Below are positions 1 to 8,541 of a stretch of 25,174 nt of DNA, one piece after another (the first letter of the stretch is position 1; each line of letters starts with the position of its first letter). Position numbers and translations under genes: made by a program. The stretch spans positions 1 to 25,174 of the forward strand of contig JAYUVP010000292.1 in the NCBI GenBank assembly GCA_043753995.1, given 5' to 3'. The stretch comes from Fibrobacterota bacterium (GTDB taxonomy: Bacteria > Fibrobacterota > Fibrobacteria > UBA11236). The notes beneath the pieces are model-generated. The model had not been told where the DNA came from, made no database searches, and worked only from the letters and a program-made list of their open reading frames with translations.

Positions 1-18
1 TTGGCGGGGCAAACATAA

Positions 19-1443
19 CTATTCCAAGGCCCTCTTTTTTGAAATGGTCTTGCCCATTAAGTTGAAAATTTGTCCGCTTTCCCAAAGCATACCCGCTGGT
101 ATAGTTCTGGCGCGTTGGGGCAAAATTTGTACCAAGTAGGGCGAAACTCCGACAGGGCGGGCCACATTGTCATAGATATTGGCGAAGGCGCCGGTTAGGG
201 TGGCGGCTCCGAACCAAGCTAAGCATTGATCGAAATACATCTCATTGTGCAAGGTGTCTTCGCCGGCAGGATCACTGGCCTTACCCCAAAAATCCCCACC
301 TTGGTAAAATTTCATCATCTCCAAACCGAAGGACTTGGCAGAATCCGCACCGGCGGCGGCGATGGCCGCAGTCGACCACATGCCAACAGTCAGATGGCTA
401 TGCTCGCTACGAGGGCGAGTGACATTATTTCCCAAGATGAAGGATTCGGGTACAGGCTGTCCTTCCATAGTGAAGAAATTGCAATTCGCGGGTCCCTTCA
501 GACTGGTGAGGGCATTCCTCATGAATTCCATGCCGCGGGTTTCTTGAAACCAGAGGGCGTCGATGGCGAGACGCCAGTAAACCCGGATGGCATCTTTATA
601 CATGTGATGTCCATCACCATAGGCATTATAACCTAAGGCTCCGGCATAGCCGCCTCCGGCTTTCATCCAATCGGGAATCAATCCCTTGGAATACCCGGGA
701 GAAAGCTTGAGGCTTTGATACCCCTGATTGATCACGGCATCCCAATCGTGATTGCTGCCTGCCGATTTGAAAAGCCGAAACCAGGCGGGAGCGAAATAAC
801 TGGGATTGTATTGATCGGGTCCGCCCCAACCTGAGCCCGGCTTGATGTATTTGCCGTCGGCAATCATTTTGTTCCAAATCGCTTCCATGAGCGACTTGGC
901 GCGGTCGATATAGGAAGCGCCCTTCGGGCTTCTATGTGCCTGCCATAAGCCCTTGCGCTGCAAGGCATCGGCGAAAAGCAAGGCGACGGCGATGTCCTCG
1001 TCGGCGTCCGTGGCGGCACCCGTTCCAATGCGCTTGCCATCGCGGTCGGCCCGCCAATCGTAATACTCGCCCTGAAAGAGACAGTTTTCGCCTGCGTCCC
1101 AGACGTCATTAAATCCTTTTTGATCGCCGAGGAGCACGGCCATCAACATGCCATAGCCGACGCCTTCGGACACCGCATCATGCGGCTGCTCCGAATTGGG
1201 CCTATGGAAAAGCTTCACGGGATAAGCATCGATATTGCGGCGACGCATTCCGAGCCAGGTTTTGACCAGGGCAGAATCGATTTGACTGCGCAAAGGCTCG
1301 GCCACAGACGGCAAGGCATTGTTGACCGGGCGTGGCCGAATGGCGGCGCCTTGGGCTTCGATTTCGAGGGGAAGAAGCGGGAGGAGAGCGGCGCAGAGGG
1401 CGACCGTCCCGCCCAGGCCGCGGTTTTTCCGCATGGGACGCAT
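19..1443 (-). CDS. Secreted glycoside hydrolase family 8 (endoglucanase/xylanase-type)
   Basis: N-terminal signal peptide; GH8 motifs VSEGVGYGML (catalytic acid Glu), ATDADEDIAVALL, NPSYFAPAW and YKDAIRVYWR (catalytic base Asp); AAGGA SD upstream; short C-terminal tail ending IFNLMGKTISKKRALE. Confidence 0.92.
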   Translation of the reverse strand: MRPMRKNRGLGGTVALCAALLPLLPLEIEAQGAAIRPRPVNNALPSVAEPLRSQIDSALVKTWLGMRRRNIDAYPVKLFHRPNSEQPHDAVSEGVGYGMLMAVLLGDQKGFNDVWDAGENCLFQGEYYDWRADRDGKRIGTGAATDADEDIAVALLFADALQRKGLWQAHRSPKGASYIDRAKSLMEAIWNKMIADGKYIKPGSGWGGPDQYNPSYFAPAWFRLFKSAGSNHDWDAVINQGYQSLKLSPGYSKGLIPDWMKAGGGYAGALGYNAYGDGHHMYKDAIRVYWRLAIDALWFQETRGMEFMRNALTSLKGPANCNFFTMEGQPVPESFILGNNVTRPRSEHSHLTVGMWSTAAIAAAGADSAKSFGLEMMKFYQGGDFWGKASDPAGEDTLHNEMYFDQCLAWFGAATLTGAFANIYDNVARPVGVSPYLVQILPQRARTIPAGMLWESGQIFNLMGKTISKKRALE

Positions 1444-1596
1444 GTTTGAATTTCCTTAGAACGCCAGGATAAGAGGCGTCCAAGGGAACTTAGTGGTGAA
1501 GGTCGCGGGCTTGCGTTCATTCCCCCTGGGGCTCACGCCTCGGCGGGAATTTTCGGGGTAGGTAACTTGACAGTTACGCTCCTGCCTTGATGTGGT

Positions 1597-2235
1597 TTAC
1601 GCCTTATTACGTCGGGCCTGCAAAGCTCCAATAATGGCGGGTAGCAAGGAAACGCCGACAACGCCGAGCACGACCACGCTGAAATTCGATTTCACAAAGG
1701 GGATATTGCCGAAAAGAAAACCCGCGCCGACGCAAGAGCCCACCCAAACCAGAGTGCCTATCACGCTGAAAGCCAAGAAACGCAAATAAGGCATATGCCC
1801 CAAACCGGCGACGAAGGGGGCGAAGGTGCGAATGATGGGTGCGAAGCGAGCCAGGATGACGGCCTTACCTCCATGCTTGGCAAAGAACGCATGCGTTTGG
1901 TCGAGATAGCGCTTTTTTAGAAAACGGGAATTGTCGGTAAAGCCCTTGGCCCCCACCAGACGCCCTATCCAATAATTGAGGGAGTCGCCTATAATTGCCG
2001 CAGCAGACAGCCAGAAAAAAAGCATTTCGAGTTGGAGCGATCCCCGTGCCGCCAAAGATCCCGCCGCAAATAGCAGAGAATCCCCAGGCAAAAAAGGCAT
2101 GATGACTAGACCCGTTTCGCAAAAAATGATTGCGAATAGCAAGACATAGGTGAGTCCGCCGAATCGCCCGATAGCTTCGGACAAATGCACGTCGAGATGC
2201 AAAAAGAGATCGATAAGAAAGCGTATAGAATCCAT
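1597..2235 (-). CDS. dedA: DedA family inner-membrane protein
   Basis: Motifs FLHLDVHL, IFCETGL..PFLPGDSLLFAAG, GDSLNYWIG, ARFAPIIRTFAPFVAG. Confidence 0.93.
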   Translation of the reverse strand: MDSIRFLIDLFLHLDVHLSEAIGRFGGLTYVLLFAIIFCETGLVIMPFLPGDSLLFAAGSLAARGSLQLEMLFFWLSAAAIIGDSLNYWIGRLVGAKGFTDNSRFLKKRYLDQTHAFFAKHGGKAVILARFAPIIRTFAPFVAGLGHMPYLRFLAFSVIGTLVWVGSCVGAGFLFGNIPFVKSNFSVVVLGVVGVSLLPAIIGALQARRNKA

Positions 2236-2260
2236 GATCGGCTAAGGTAGTTTTTCCTGT

Positions 2261-2292
2261 GGGGGAGGTAACGCGCATGCGTCACCTCCCCC
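2261..2292 (-). other. Strong GC-rich stem-loop in murG-dedA spacer
   Basis: GGGGGAGGT-A-ACGC-gcat-GCGT-C-ACCTCCCCC; a 14-bp stem with one G.U pair on the minus-strand RNA; no following U-tract. Confidence 0.6.
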
Positions 2293-2364
2293 TCGTCTCG
2301 GCCTGGATTTCTGCGCCGTCCGGTCGGCCTCGCCTACCCCCACCTCAGGTATTGCGGTGGAGTT

Positions 2365-3429
2365 TCACCCAAATTCCTGTATCGCAGAGAGTACGGCCAA
2401 TAGGCCATTGCCCAGCGGGCTTTTGGCCATGACGTCGCGGCGTTGCGCGGCTTCGCGATCGAGCAATTCGAGTTCGCCCAGCAGGGACTCCGCCGTCAAC
2501 CTTTCCTCTTCGAGCACGCGACTATAACCCAAGCGCGCGAAAACGGCAGCATTCTGCAATTGATCGCCGCGTGAGGCTTTGAGTGAAAGGGGAATGAGCA
2601 AATGCGGTAATCGCAAAGCCAAAAGCTCGAAGACGGCATTGGCTCCGGCTCGTGAGACGGCCATGGCGGCGGCGGCCATCACGTCGGGCAATTCGCCATG
2701 CACGAATTCACGCTGGGCATAACCCGATAGATTCGCCAGCGCAGGGTCGAGATGGCCCTTGCCGCATAGGTGGGCGACGTGATAGTGGGGCAGCAATTGA
2801 GGCAAGGCCCCGCGTACCGCGATATTCAAGGCTCGCGATCCGAGCGATCCACCCATGACGAGGAGCATGGGCTTATCGTCCTCTAGGCCAAGAAAGGCGC
2901 GGCCGCTTTCGGCATTGCCCTGGAGCAATTCTTCGCGTATGGGCAGGCCGGTGGCGCGGGCCTTGGCCTTCGGGGAAAGGTGTTGGAGAGTGTCCGGAAA
3001 GCTGACGCAAACGCGCGTGGCCGCGGGCAGGCAAAGTCGATTGGCGAGGCCGGGGCTCAAATCGCTTTCATGAATGATGACGGGGATGCGGCGAAGGCGG
3101 GCGGCCCAAACCACGGGCACGGCGACAAAGCCACCCTTGGAAAATACCACGGCTGGGCGCAAGCGCCTCAAAAGCCACCAGCACTTCCAAAGGCCCGCGA
3201 GTACCCGCAGGGGATCGGAAAAGTTCTTCCAATCGAAGTAACGTCGAAGTTTCCCCGCAGGAATGCCGTGAAATGGCAGACCGGCACGTTCGGCCAGGTC
3301 TTGCTCCATGCCCCCGGTTTCGCCGATATATTCGACCCCCCAGCCCAATTCTCGCAAACGAGGAATCAGGGCCAAATTGGGCATGACATGGCCGGCGGTG
3401 CCGCCTCCGGTGAGGACGAGGGTTTGCAT
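2365..3429 (-). CDS. murG: Undecaprenyldiphospho-muramoylpentapeptide beta-N-acetylglucosaminyltransferase (GT28)
   Basis: Motifs TGGGTAGHVMP, GKLRRY, FSKGGFVAVP, IHESD..PGLANR, GGSLGS, SRAGAN, SRGDQLQNA. Confidence 0.93.
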   Translation of the reverse strand: MQTLVLTGGGTAGHVMPNLALIPRLRELGWGVEYIGETGGMEQDLAERAGLPFHGIPAGKLRRYFDWKNFSDPLRVLAGLWKCWWLLRRLRPAVVFSKGGFVAVPVVWAARLRRIPVIIHESDLSPGLANRLCLPAATRVCVSFPDTLQHLSPKAKARATGLPIREELLQGNAESGRAFLGLEDDKPMLLVMGGSLGSRALNIAVRGALPQLLPHYHVAHLCGKGHLDPALANLSGYAQREFVHGELPDVMAAAAMAVSRAGANAVFELLALRLPHLLIPLSLKASRGDQLQNAAVFARLGYSRVLEEERLTAESLLGELELLDREAAQRRDVMAKSPLGNGLLAVLSAIQEFG

Positions 3430-3436
3430 GCCGTCA

Positions 3437-3445
3437 AAGGTAGCA
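3437..3445 (-). promoter_or_regulatory. Extended -10 element (TGcTACCTT) 7 nt upstream of murG ATG
   Basis: TGn+TAnnnT match; no SD; same motif upstream of the SRPBCC gene. Confidence 0.55.
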
Positions 3446-3486
3446 GGGCAAAGCCGACACTTTTAGTATTAGCGGTTCATCCGTAG

Positions 3487-3492
3487 TACAAT
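3487..3492 (+). promoter_or_regulatory. -10 element TACAAT 6 nt upstream of the ATG at 3499
   Basis: 5/6 match to TATAAT, spacing consistent with a leaderless transcript, no SD. Confidence 0.55.
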
Positions 3493-3498
3493 GGCGGT

Positions 3499-4908
3499 AT
3501 GGCCCTGCCCGCTCCATGGCATCTCCTCGAAGAGGAAATAGGCCGCTCTCAGGATTATGCCGGCGGGGCGCGGCGGCTTTCCGATTTTTTCAAAGGCCTC
3601 GAAGAGTCTTTCGGAGCTCAGGAATTATTGCATTCGCTGTGGGGTGCGGGAGCCGAAGCCAAATGGTGGGAGCGCTTCCTTTTTTGCCTGCTCGACATAG
3701 GTCCCTCGAATAAACAGGTGGGCGATCGCGCCTTGGAAGGCCGCCGCATGCGCCGCCTGCTCCTGCGCGGAGAGGTGAGCCAAAAATTCACCGAAGCCGA
3801 GACCATGCTCATCGAGCGTTTGCATCTCATGTTCCAGCCCATGGGTGTGGCCGGTTTGCAGCAGAGCTTGGTGCGTGGCAAGGCCTTATTTCTGCAAGCC
3901 CTGCACGGCGAATCCCTGCGCACCCAAGAACGGGAATTCCTCACCTTGCTGATTCGGACCGAAGCGGAGTGCCTGAAAGAGCGAGTCGATTGGCTATCGG
4001 AAAATTGCGATCCCTATAACATAAAGACCATGATGCGCGTCTTGCCCCGGCTTCGCATTTACGACGAAGCTGTGCATGAAGGCCTCTCCCTGGCTAAAAA
4101 ATTCGAGACCGGCGAAACCATTGGCCGACCCATGCTGAGCTTCGAATACGAAATGAAGGGACCGGTATACGATAAATGGCGCAAGGAAATCGGCAAGTCG
4201 CCGCGTTTGGCAAAATTGGTGGAGTTGATTGATTTGCAGCAGCAAAAAAAAGTGGCCACCCTAGACCTTATCGCCTTGGCCACGGTGCAGCGATGGATAT
4301 TCCAATTCAAGGGCATTACGCTCGAACCTATCGATTGGGTTTTGCGCGCCTTGCATGCGACCGACGGAGACACTTTCACCTTCGACGCTGGCGACGCGGC
4401 CTTGGCCCTGCTGCCACGTTTGGCCAATTCCGGCATCGTGATGCATGGGAATAAGCTGGTGGGACGATTCATCGAAGGCTCGTTTCCCGAGCTCATTGGG
4501 CGTGATTTGGCTACGCGTCCTCCCGATCGCGCCGAGGAAAAAGGCTTTCTCGACGTCAAGACCCTCATTTTGCAAAATATCACGCGTGACAGTGTACTTG
4601 AAGCTTTACTCAACAATGCCAAATTTTATGGCACACCGGGACTCATAGCCTATATCGCCAGCATGTCTCGCTCGGTGATCATCCTCAGCAAAATTGCCAA
4701 GACCCGCAACTTGCATACGGGTGCGGCCAATCGCGACGTGCCCATGACCTTGCTCACCAGCCCCTGCAATATCCCCGTCAACTTGATTCGCGTTTTCGTC
4801 AGCACTAAATACGTCAGCATGGTCGACCTGCGTCACTTGGTCAAAATGCGCGGCGGCATTCGCCGCGAAGTGCGCATGATGGTCGAGGATTATGCGAAAG
4901 GGCGATGA
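3499..4908 (+). CDS. Hypothetical cytoplasmic, mostly alpha-helical protein (469 aa)
   Basis: Long ORF with normal codon bias filling the space between murG and rsmH; no motif recognised. Confidence 0.8.
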   Translation: MALPAPWHLLEEEIGRSQDYAGGARRLSDFFKGLEESFGAQELLHSLWGAGAEAKWWERFLFCLLDIGPSNKQVGDRALEGRRMRRLLLRGEVSQKFTEAETMLIERLHLMFQPMGVAGLQQSLVRGKALFLQALHGESLRTQEREFLTLLIRTEAECLKERVDWLSENCDPYNIKTMMRVLPRLRIYDEAVHEGLSLAKKFETGETIGRPMLSFEYEMKGPVYDKWRKEIGKSPRLAKLVELIDLQQQKKVATLDLIALATVQRWIFQFKGITLEPIDWVLRALHATDGDTFTFDAGDAALALLPRLANSGIVMHGNKLVGRFIEGSFPELIGRDLATRPPDRAEEKGFLDVKTLILQNITRDSVLEALLNNAKFYGTPGLIAYIASMSRSVIILSKIAKTRNLHTGAANRDVPMTLLTSPCNIPVNLIRVFVSTKYVSMVDLRHLVKMRGGIRREVRMMVEDYAKGR

Positions 4909-4993
4909 GTCGATGGGCAGGTGCCACGCCAGGTTCCGGTATACCCGAATTTCTGGCAATCGGATGGGAATTTGATAGTATTCGGAGCTTGCT

Positions 4994-6043
4994 ATGGCCG
5001 ATCAAGACGCTCCCCATAAGAGACGGGTTCGATACCGAGGCACCCATCCACGCACATTCGGGGAGAAATACAAGGAGCTGAATGCGGCCCAGTATGAAAC
5101 CGATACACAAAAGGTGATCGCCCGCGGCCAAACGCCGGCCGGCACGCATCGCCCCATTTGCGTGAATCCCATCCTGGACATACTCGCCCCCAAGCCCGGA
5201 GACTTTGGCCTAGATGCCACTCTGGGTTATGGCGGCCATGCGGCCGAATTTCTGGCTCGCTTAAGTCCCGGAGGAACCTTGTTCGGGATGGATGTGGATC
5301 CGATTGAATTACCTCGCACCGAGCAGCGCTTGCGGGCCTTGGGGTATACGGAAAACCAGCTCGTCGTGCGCCGCATGAACTTCGCGGGGATCGCGAAATT
5401 GGCCGCCGAGGTGGGCCGGGGATTCGATTTCATCCTCGCCGATCTGGGTGTTTCCTCCATGCAAATCGATAATCCAGCGCGGGGCTTCACCTTCAAGGCA
5501 GACGGGCCCTTGGATTTAAGGCTGAACCCCGGGCATGGCCAATCGGCGGCCGACTTGATCAAGGACATCTCGCAAGGCGATTTGGCGTTGATGCTTTATG
5601 CCAATGCCGACGAACCCAATGCCGAAGACATTTCCCAAGTCATTCATTCTCGCAAGGGTAAGATACGGACCACCTTGCAATTGGCCGAGGCCATTCGCTT
5701 CGCGCTGAAGGAACTCCCTAAGGCGGTGCGCGAGGAGGAAACCTCTTCTTCGCTGCAACGCACCTTCCAAGCCTTGAGGATAGCCGTCAATGACGAGTTC
5801 GGTGCTCTCGATCGGTTTCTGACCCTATTGCCGGAATGCCTCGTCCCAGGAGGCCGCGCAGCCATCCTAAGCTTTCATTCAGGAGAAGATCGCCGGGTGA
5901 AAAAATCCTTCCAAGCCTTCTCCCGGGAAGGCATTTATGCCAAGGTCGCTCCCGAGCCCATCCGGCCTTCTCCGGAAGAGCGCCGTTCCAATCCCAGGAG
6001 CTCTTGTGCCAAGCTGCGTTGGGCCGTGCGGGCTGCGAGTTGA
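4994..6043 (+). CDS. rsmH: 16S rRNA m4C1402 methyltransferase RsmH/MraW (stand-alone type with N-terminal extension)
   Basis: Motifs DATLGYGGHA, DLGVSSMQID...RGFTFK.DGPLDLR, RTFQALRIAVNDE, SFHSGEDRRVK, NPRSSCAKLR. Confidence 0.93.
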   Translation: MADQDAPHKRRVRYRGTHPRTFGEKYKELNAAQYETDTQKVIARGQTPAGTHRPICVNPILDILAPKPGDFGLDATLGYGGHAAEFLARLSPGGTLFGMDVDPIELPRTEQRLRALGYTENQLVVRRMNFAGIAKLAAEVGRGFDFILADLGVSSMQIDNPARGFTFKADGPLDLRLNPGHGQSAADLIKDISQGDLALMLYANADEPNAEDISQVIHSRKGKIRTTLQLAEAIRFALKELPKAVREEETSSSLQRTFQALRIAVNDEFGALDRFLTLLPECLVPGGRAAILSFHSGEDRRVKKSFQAFSREGIYAKVAPEPIRPSPEERRSNPRSSCAKLRWAVRAAS

Positions 6044-6447
6044 TGCCTAAGCAGATTCAGAAGCCGCCCACCAAGGCGAAAAACGTGGTCGCCAAGGCCA
6101 AGCCCTTGGCGAAACCGAAGTCCGAAATCGAGGTCATCCTCGCGGACATCAAGAAATTCCGAGACGCGCGGGATTGGAAGCAATATCACGATCCCAAGAA
6201 CCTGGCCATTTGCTTGAATGTAGAGGCGGCGGAATTGCTCGAGGTCTTCCTTTGGAAAGGCCACGAAGAGATTCATCGGGAGCGATTTGAAGAGGAATTG
6301 GCCGACGTTCTCTATGCCGCGTTTTTGCTGGCCGATTCCTATAGCTTGGATATCGGAAAAATCATCCGGTCCAAGCTTAAGAAGAACGCGTTGAAATATC
6401 CCATTCGGAAATCGAAAGGCTCGCGAAAGAAATACGACGAGCTCTGA
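6043..6447 (+). CDS. MazG-like (DCTPP1-type) nucleotide pyrophosphohydrolase, 134 aa
   Basis: FRDARDWKQYHDPKNLA, VEAAELLE, EELADV, KN..KYP; true start most likely the ATG at 6043 overlapping the rsmH stop (TGATG), not 5836. Confidence 0.88.
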   Translation: MPKQIQKPPTKAKNVVAKAKPLAKPKSEIEVILADIKKFRDARDWKQYHDPKNLAICLNVEAAELLEVFLWKGHEEIHRERFEEELADVLYAAFLLADSYSLDIGKIIRSKLKKNALKYPIRKSKGSRKKYDEL

Positions 6448-6460
6448 GACCGGCTCTATT

Positions 6461-6835
6461 TCAAGTCTTGCTAAACCAGGACAAGCCCTTGAAAAAATCC
6501 ATCAAATCTTCTTTGACGAAGTCACGGTATTCGCCGGCGTCGAAAAAGACCCCATGTCCTTGCGGGCATACATCGTAGTGAATGTGGGGTTGCATGGGGT
6601 CGGGACGCCGCGCCAGGAATAGATCGCATCGGGGACAGGGAACATTGTCCAGAGCATCGTATTCCTTGCCCTGGGAGGCAGGGCCGATGTCGACGGTGTC
6701 CGCGCCTTTTTCGCGCTTCAGGTTTTTATGTTGCGCGCCATCGAACCACAAGCCTTTGCATTGTGTACAGCGCTGGGCTTCGTATTGATTGAGCGCGATG
6801 GCTTCCATGTCGGCGCGGCATTTGGGACATTGCAT
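6461..6835 (-). CDS. Twin zinc-ribbon (zf-TFIIB-like) protein
   Basis: Two repeats: CPKC...CTQCKGLWFD and CPRC...CPQGHGVFFDAGE; GGAG SD. Confidence 0.85.
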   Translation of the reverse strand: MQCPKCRADMEAIALNQYEAQRCTQCKGLWFDGAQHKNLKREKGADTVDIGPASQGKEYDALDNVPCPRCDLFLARRPDPMQPHIHYDVCPQGHGVFFDAGEYRDFVKEDLMDFFKGLSWFSKT

Positions 6836-6877
6836 GAAAAATCTCCGGTAACGCGAAAGTTCGTAAAGGCCTTTTAG

Positions 6878-7834
6878 TTATGGCCTTTTAAATACCAAAA
6901 TCTGAGGGCGTCGGTCCTTAGGGTCGGATTCGCGCGCCAAGCCTTTATTGTCGAGAGCGACATAGATATGGGCCTCGTCCATGGCCAGACCTCGGGCGAT
7001 GCCTTTCAACCCGCGATAGCGATATTTGGCATCTTCGGAAGTGGCTGCGAAACTCCAGCATTGGCCTTCTTCCATATGTCCATCGGCATCGGGAGTGAGC
7101 GAGCAAATGGCATTCGCCGACCCTTCAAGCGCATACAGGGTTTTGCCGCTAGTGGTCAAATCCGTGAAGTCGGGCTTGCGGCCCGCAGGTGGCGCAACCT
7201 TACTTTTCTCACATTTCTGGGGCTTGATATCCGCTTTTTCGCCTTGCAAATCGAGGCGCAAAAGGCCGCGAGGCTCGCGACTGGCTCCCATCACCCATTT
7301 GCTTTTGCTGAGCGAGGCCACCCCGTCGGGACCAGAATTTTCACCGCCGAAAAGACCGATTTCCGTGCCAGCATCCATCACCGAGGGGCCGAACCATTCG
7401 CCCTTACCATTTTTGTCGAGACGCATGACGCGGTAGGCGGTTTCGCTGACAAGTAAAAAGCGTCCGTCTTCGTCGCTAGCGAGGCCGCGCCAAATGAATT
7501 TCAAATTGGCGGCATCCGGGGGGCGAGTGATGTGCAAGGCTTCTTGATATGCTGCCTTGTCCTTGCTCAGGTTCACCGCGAAAATTTGATCGTCATGCTT
7601 GCAGGAAATGAGGTATAGCGAGCCCTTAACCAGGGCTAAACCCGAAGGCTGCAACATTTCATTGCCTTCGAGCGGCAGGGCTTGTTCCAATTGCAATTCC
7701 ATAGCGCTCGCGGAGGCGGTGGCGAGACCCAAAGCAAGAAGCAAGAAGCCAATGGCTGGGCGAATCCCTGATTGTAAATGAGATTCCCTGAGGTTAGGAC
7801 CGGTTCGCCTCTCAGCATGCAAAACTTGGCTCAT
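6878..7834 (-). CDS. Secreted beta-propeller protein (SdiA-regulated/phytase-like esterase-type fold)
   Basis: Hydrophobic signal FLLLALGLATASASA; recurrent blade motifs PSGLA, WRGLAS, PDGVA, FTDL, ARGLA; GGGAG SD at 7842-7846 favours the ATG at 7834 over the GTG at 7858. Confidence 0.65.
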   Translation of the reverse strand: MSQVLHAERRTGPNLRESHLQSGIRPAIGFLLLALGLATASASAMELQLEQALPLEGNEMLQPSGLALVKGSLYLISCKHDDQIFAVNLSKDKAAYQEALHITRPPDAANLKFIWRGLASDEDGRFLLVSETAYRVMRLDKNGKGEWFGPSVMDAGTEIGLFGGENSGPDGVASLSKSKWVMGASREPRGLLRLDLQGEKADIKPQKCEKSKVAPPAGRKPDFTDLTTSGKTLYALEGSANAICSLTPDADGHMEEGQCWSFAATSEDAKYRYRGLKGIARGLAMDEAHIYVALDNKGLARESDPKDRRPQILVFKRP

Positions 7835-7848
7835 GGATGGTCTCCCGA

Positions 7849-7871
7849 GTAAATCCACAAGTAGGATTTAC
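7849..7871 (-). other. Inverted repeat GTAAATCC-N7-GGATTTAC just upstream of the SD
   Basis: Perfect 8-bp arms read directly. Confidence 0.55.
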
Positions 7872-7978
7872 CCCGCTTCGGATGAAAACAAATAGCGCCC
7901 TAAATCCCAGCCTTGGGAATGTAGTCGAGGCGGGCGGAATAAGCTTGCCCGGATTTGAAATTAAGACCTCAAAAAAAC

Positions 7979-8503
7979 CTATTCCGGCGTCTGAACTTCG
8001 GTACTTAAAGTATCAAGGGGGACATGCGCCACCGAATCCGCTGTGGCTGCCCTTTGGGCTGCGGCCATCTCGGCATCGGCTTCAGCCAGAGCCTTCAATT
8101 TAGCCAGGCCCCGATCCAGTTGACCCCCTGTTTCACGCTCCAGGCGGCGAGTGTGATAGCGCGCCCAAAAATTCCATCTGGCATCCCGGTTAAGGGTGAT
8201 GCGAAGCTGTTGCCCCGCTTTTTCTCGGCTTAAATGCAGGCGACCTTGCGCTTCCCATTCGGGGGACAAGCGAAAGGCGGCCTGAATTTCCGTGTCGGGT
8301 GCCGCACTTCGAACTTGTATGGTAAAAGGCGACCACAGTTTTTGCTTTTCGGTTTGGATTAAGTACGGGACTATCCACTCGCTTTCGGCGGCGAGGGCGA
8401 CCGATCGCTCCAAGGAAAAATGGCGAGGCAGGGAAAGGCTTAGGGCCAGCCACAGACCAAGCAAAATCAAGAGGGCAAAAAGCCCGCGTAACCATTTCGA
8501 CAT
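7979..8503 (-). CDS. Membrane-anchored SRPBCC/polyketide-cyclase-like protein
   Basis: N-terminal TM helix, LPRHFSLERSV, WSPF, C-terminal GQLDRGLAKLKALAE typical of SRPBCC proteins. Confidence 0.7.
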   Translation of the reverse strand: MSKWLRGLFALLILLGLWLALSLSLPRHFSLERSVALAAESEWIVPYLIQTEKQKLWSPFTIQVRSAAPDTEIQAAFRLSPEWEAQGRLHLSREKAGQQLRITLNRDARWNFWARYHTRRLERETGGQLDRGLAKLKALAEADAEMAAAQRAATADSVAHVPLDTLSTEVQTPE

Positions 8504-8512
8504 GAATCTGGA

Positions 8513-8521
8513 AAGGTAGCA
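8513..8521 (-). promoter_or_regulatory. Extended -10 element (TGcTACCTT) 9 nt upstream of the SRPBCC ATG
   Basis: Identical to the murG motif; no SD; lies in the 38-bp gap after the atzF stop. Confidence 0.5.
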
Positions 8522-8541
8522 AGGGCCGGACAGGCCCTAAT

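Noticed and set aside
5836..6042. N-terminal extension of the MazG-like ORF
   Set aside because: It lies inside rsmH in another frame; the TGATG-coupled start at 6043 is more plausible
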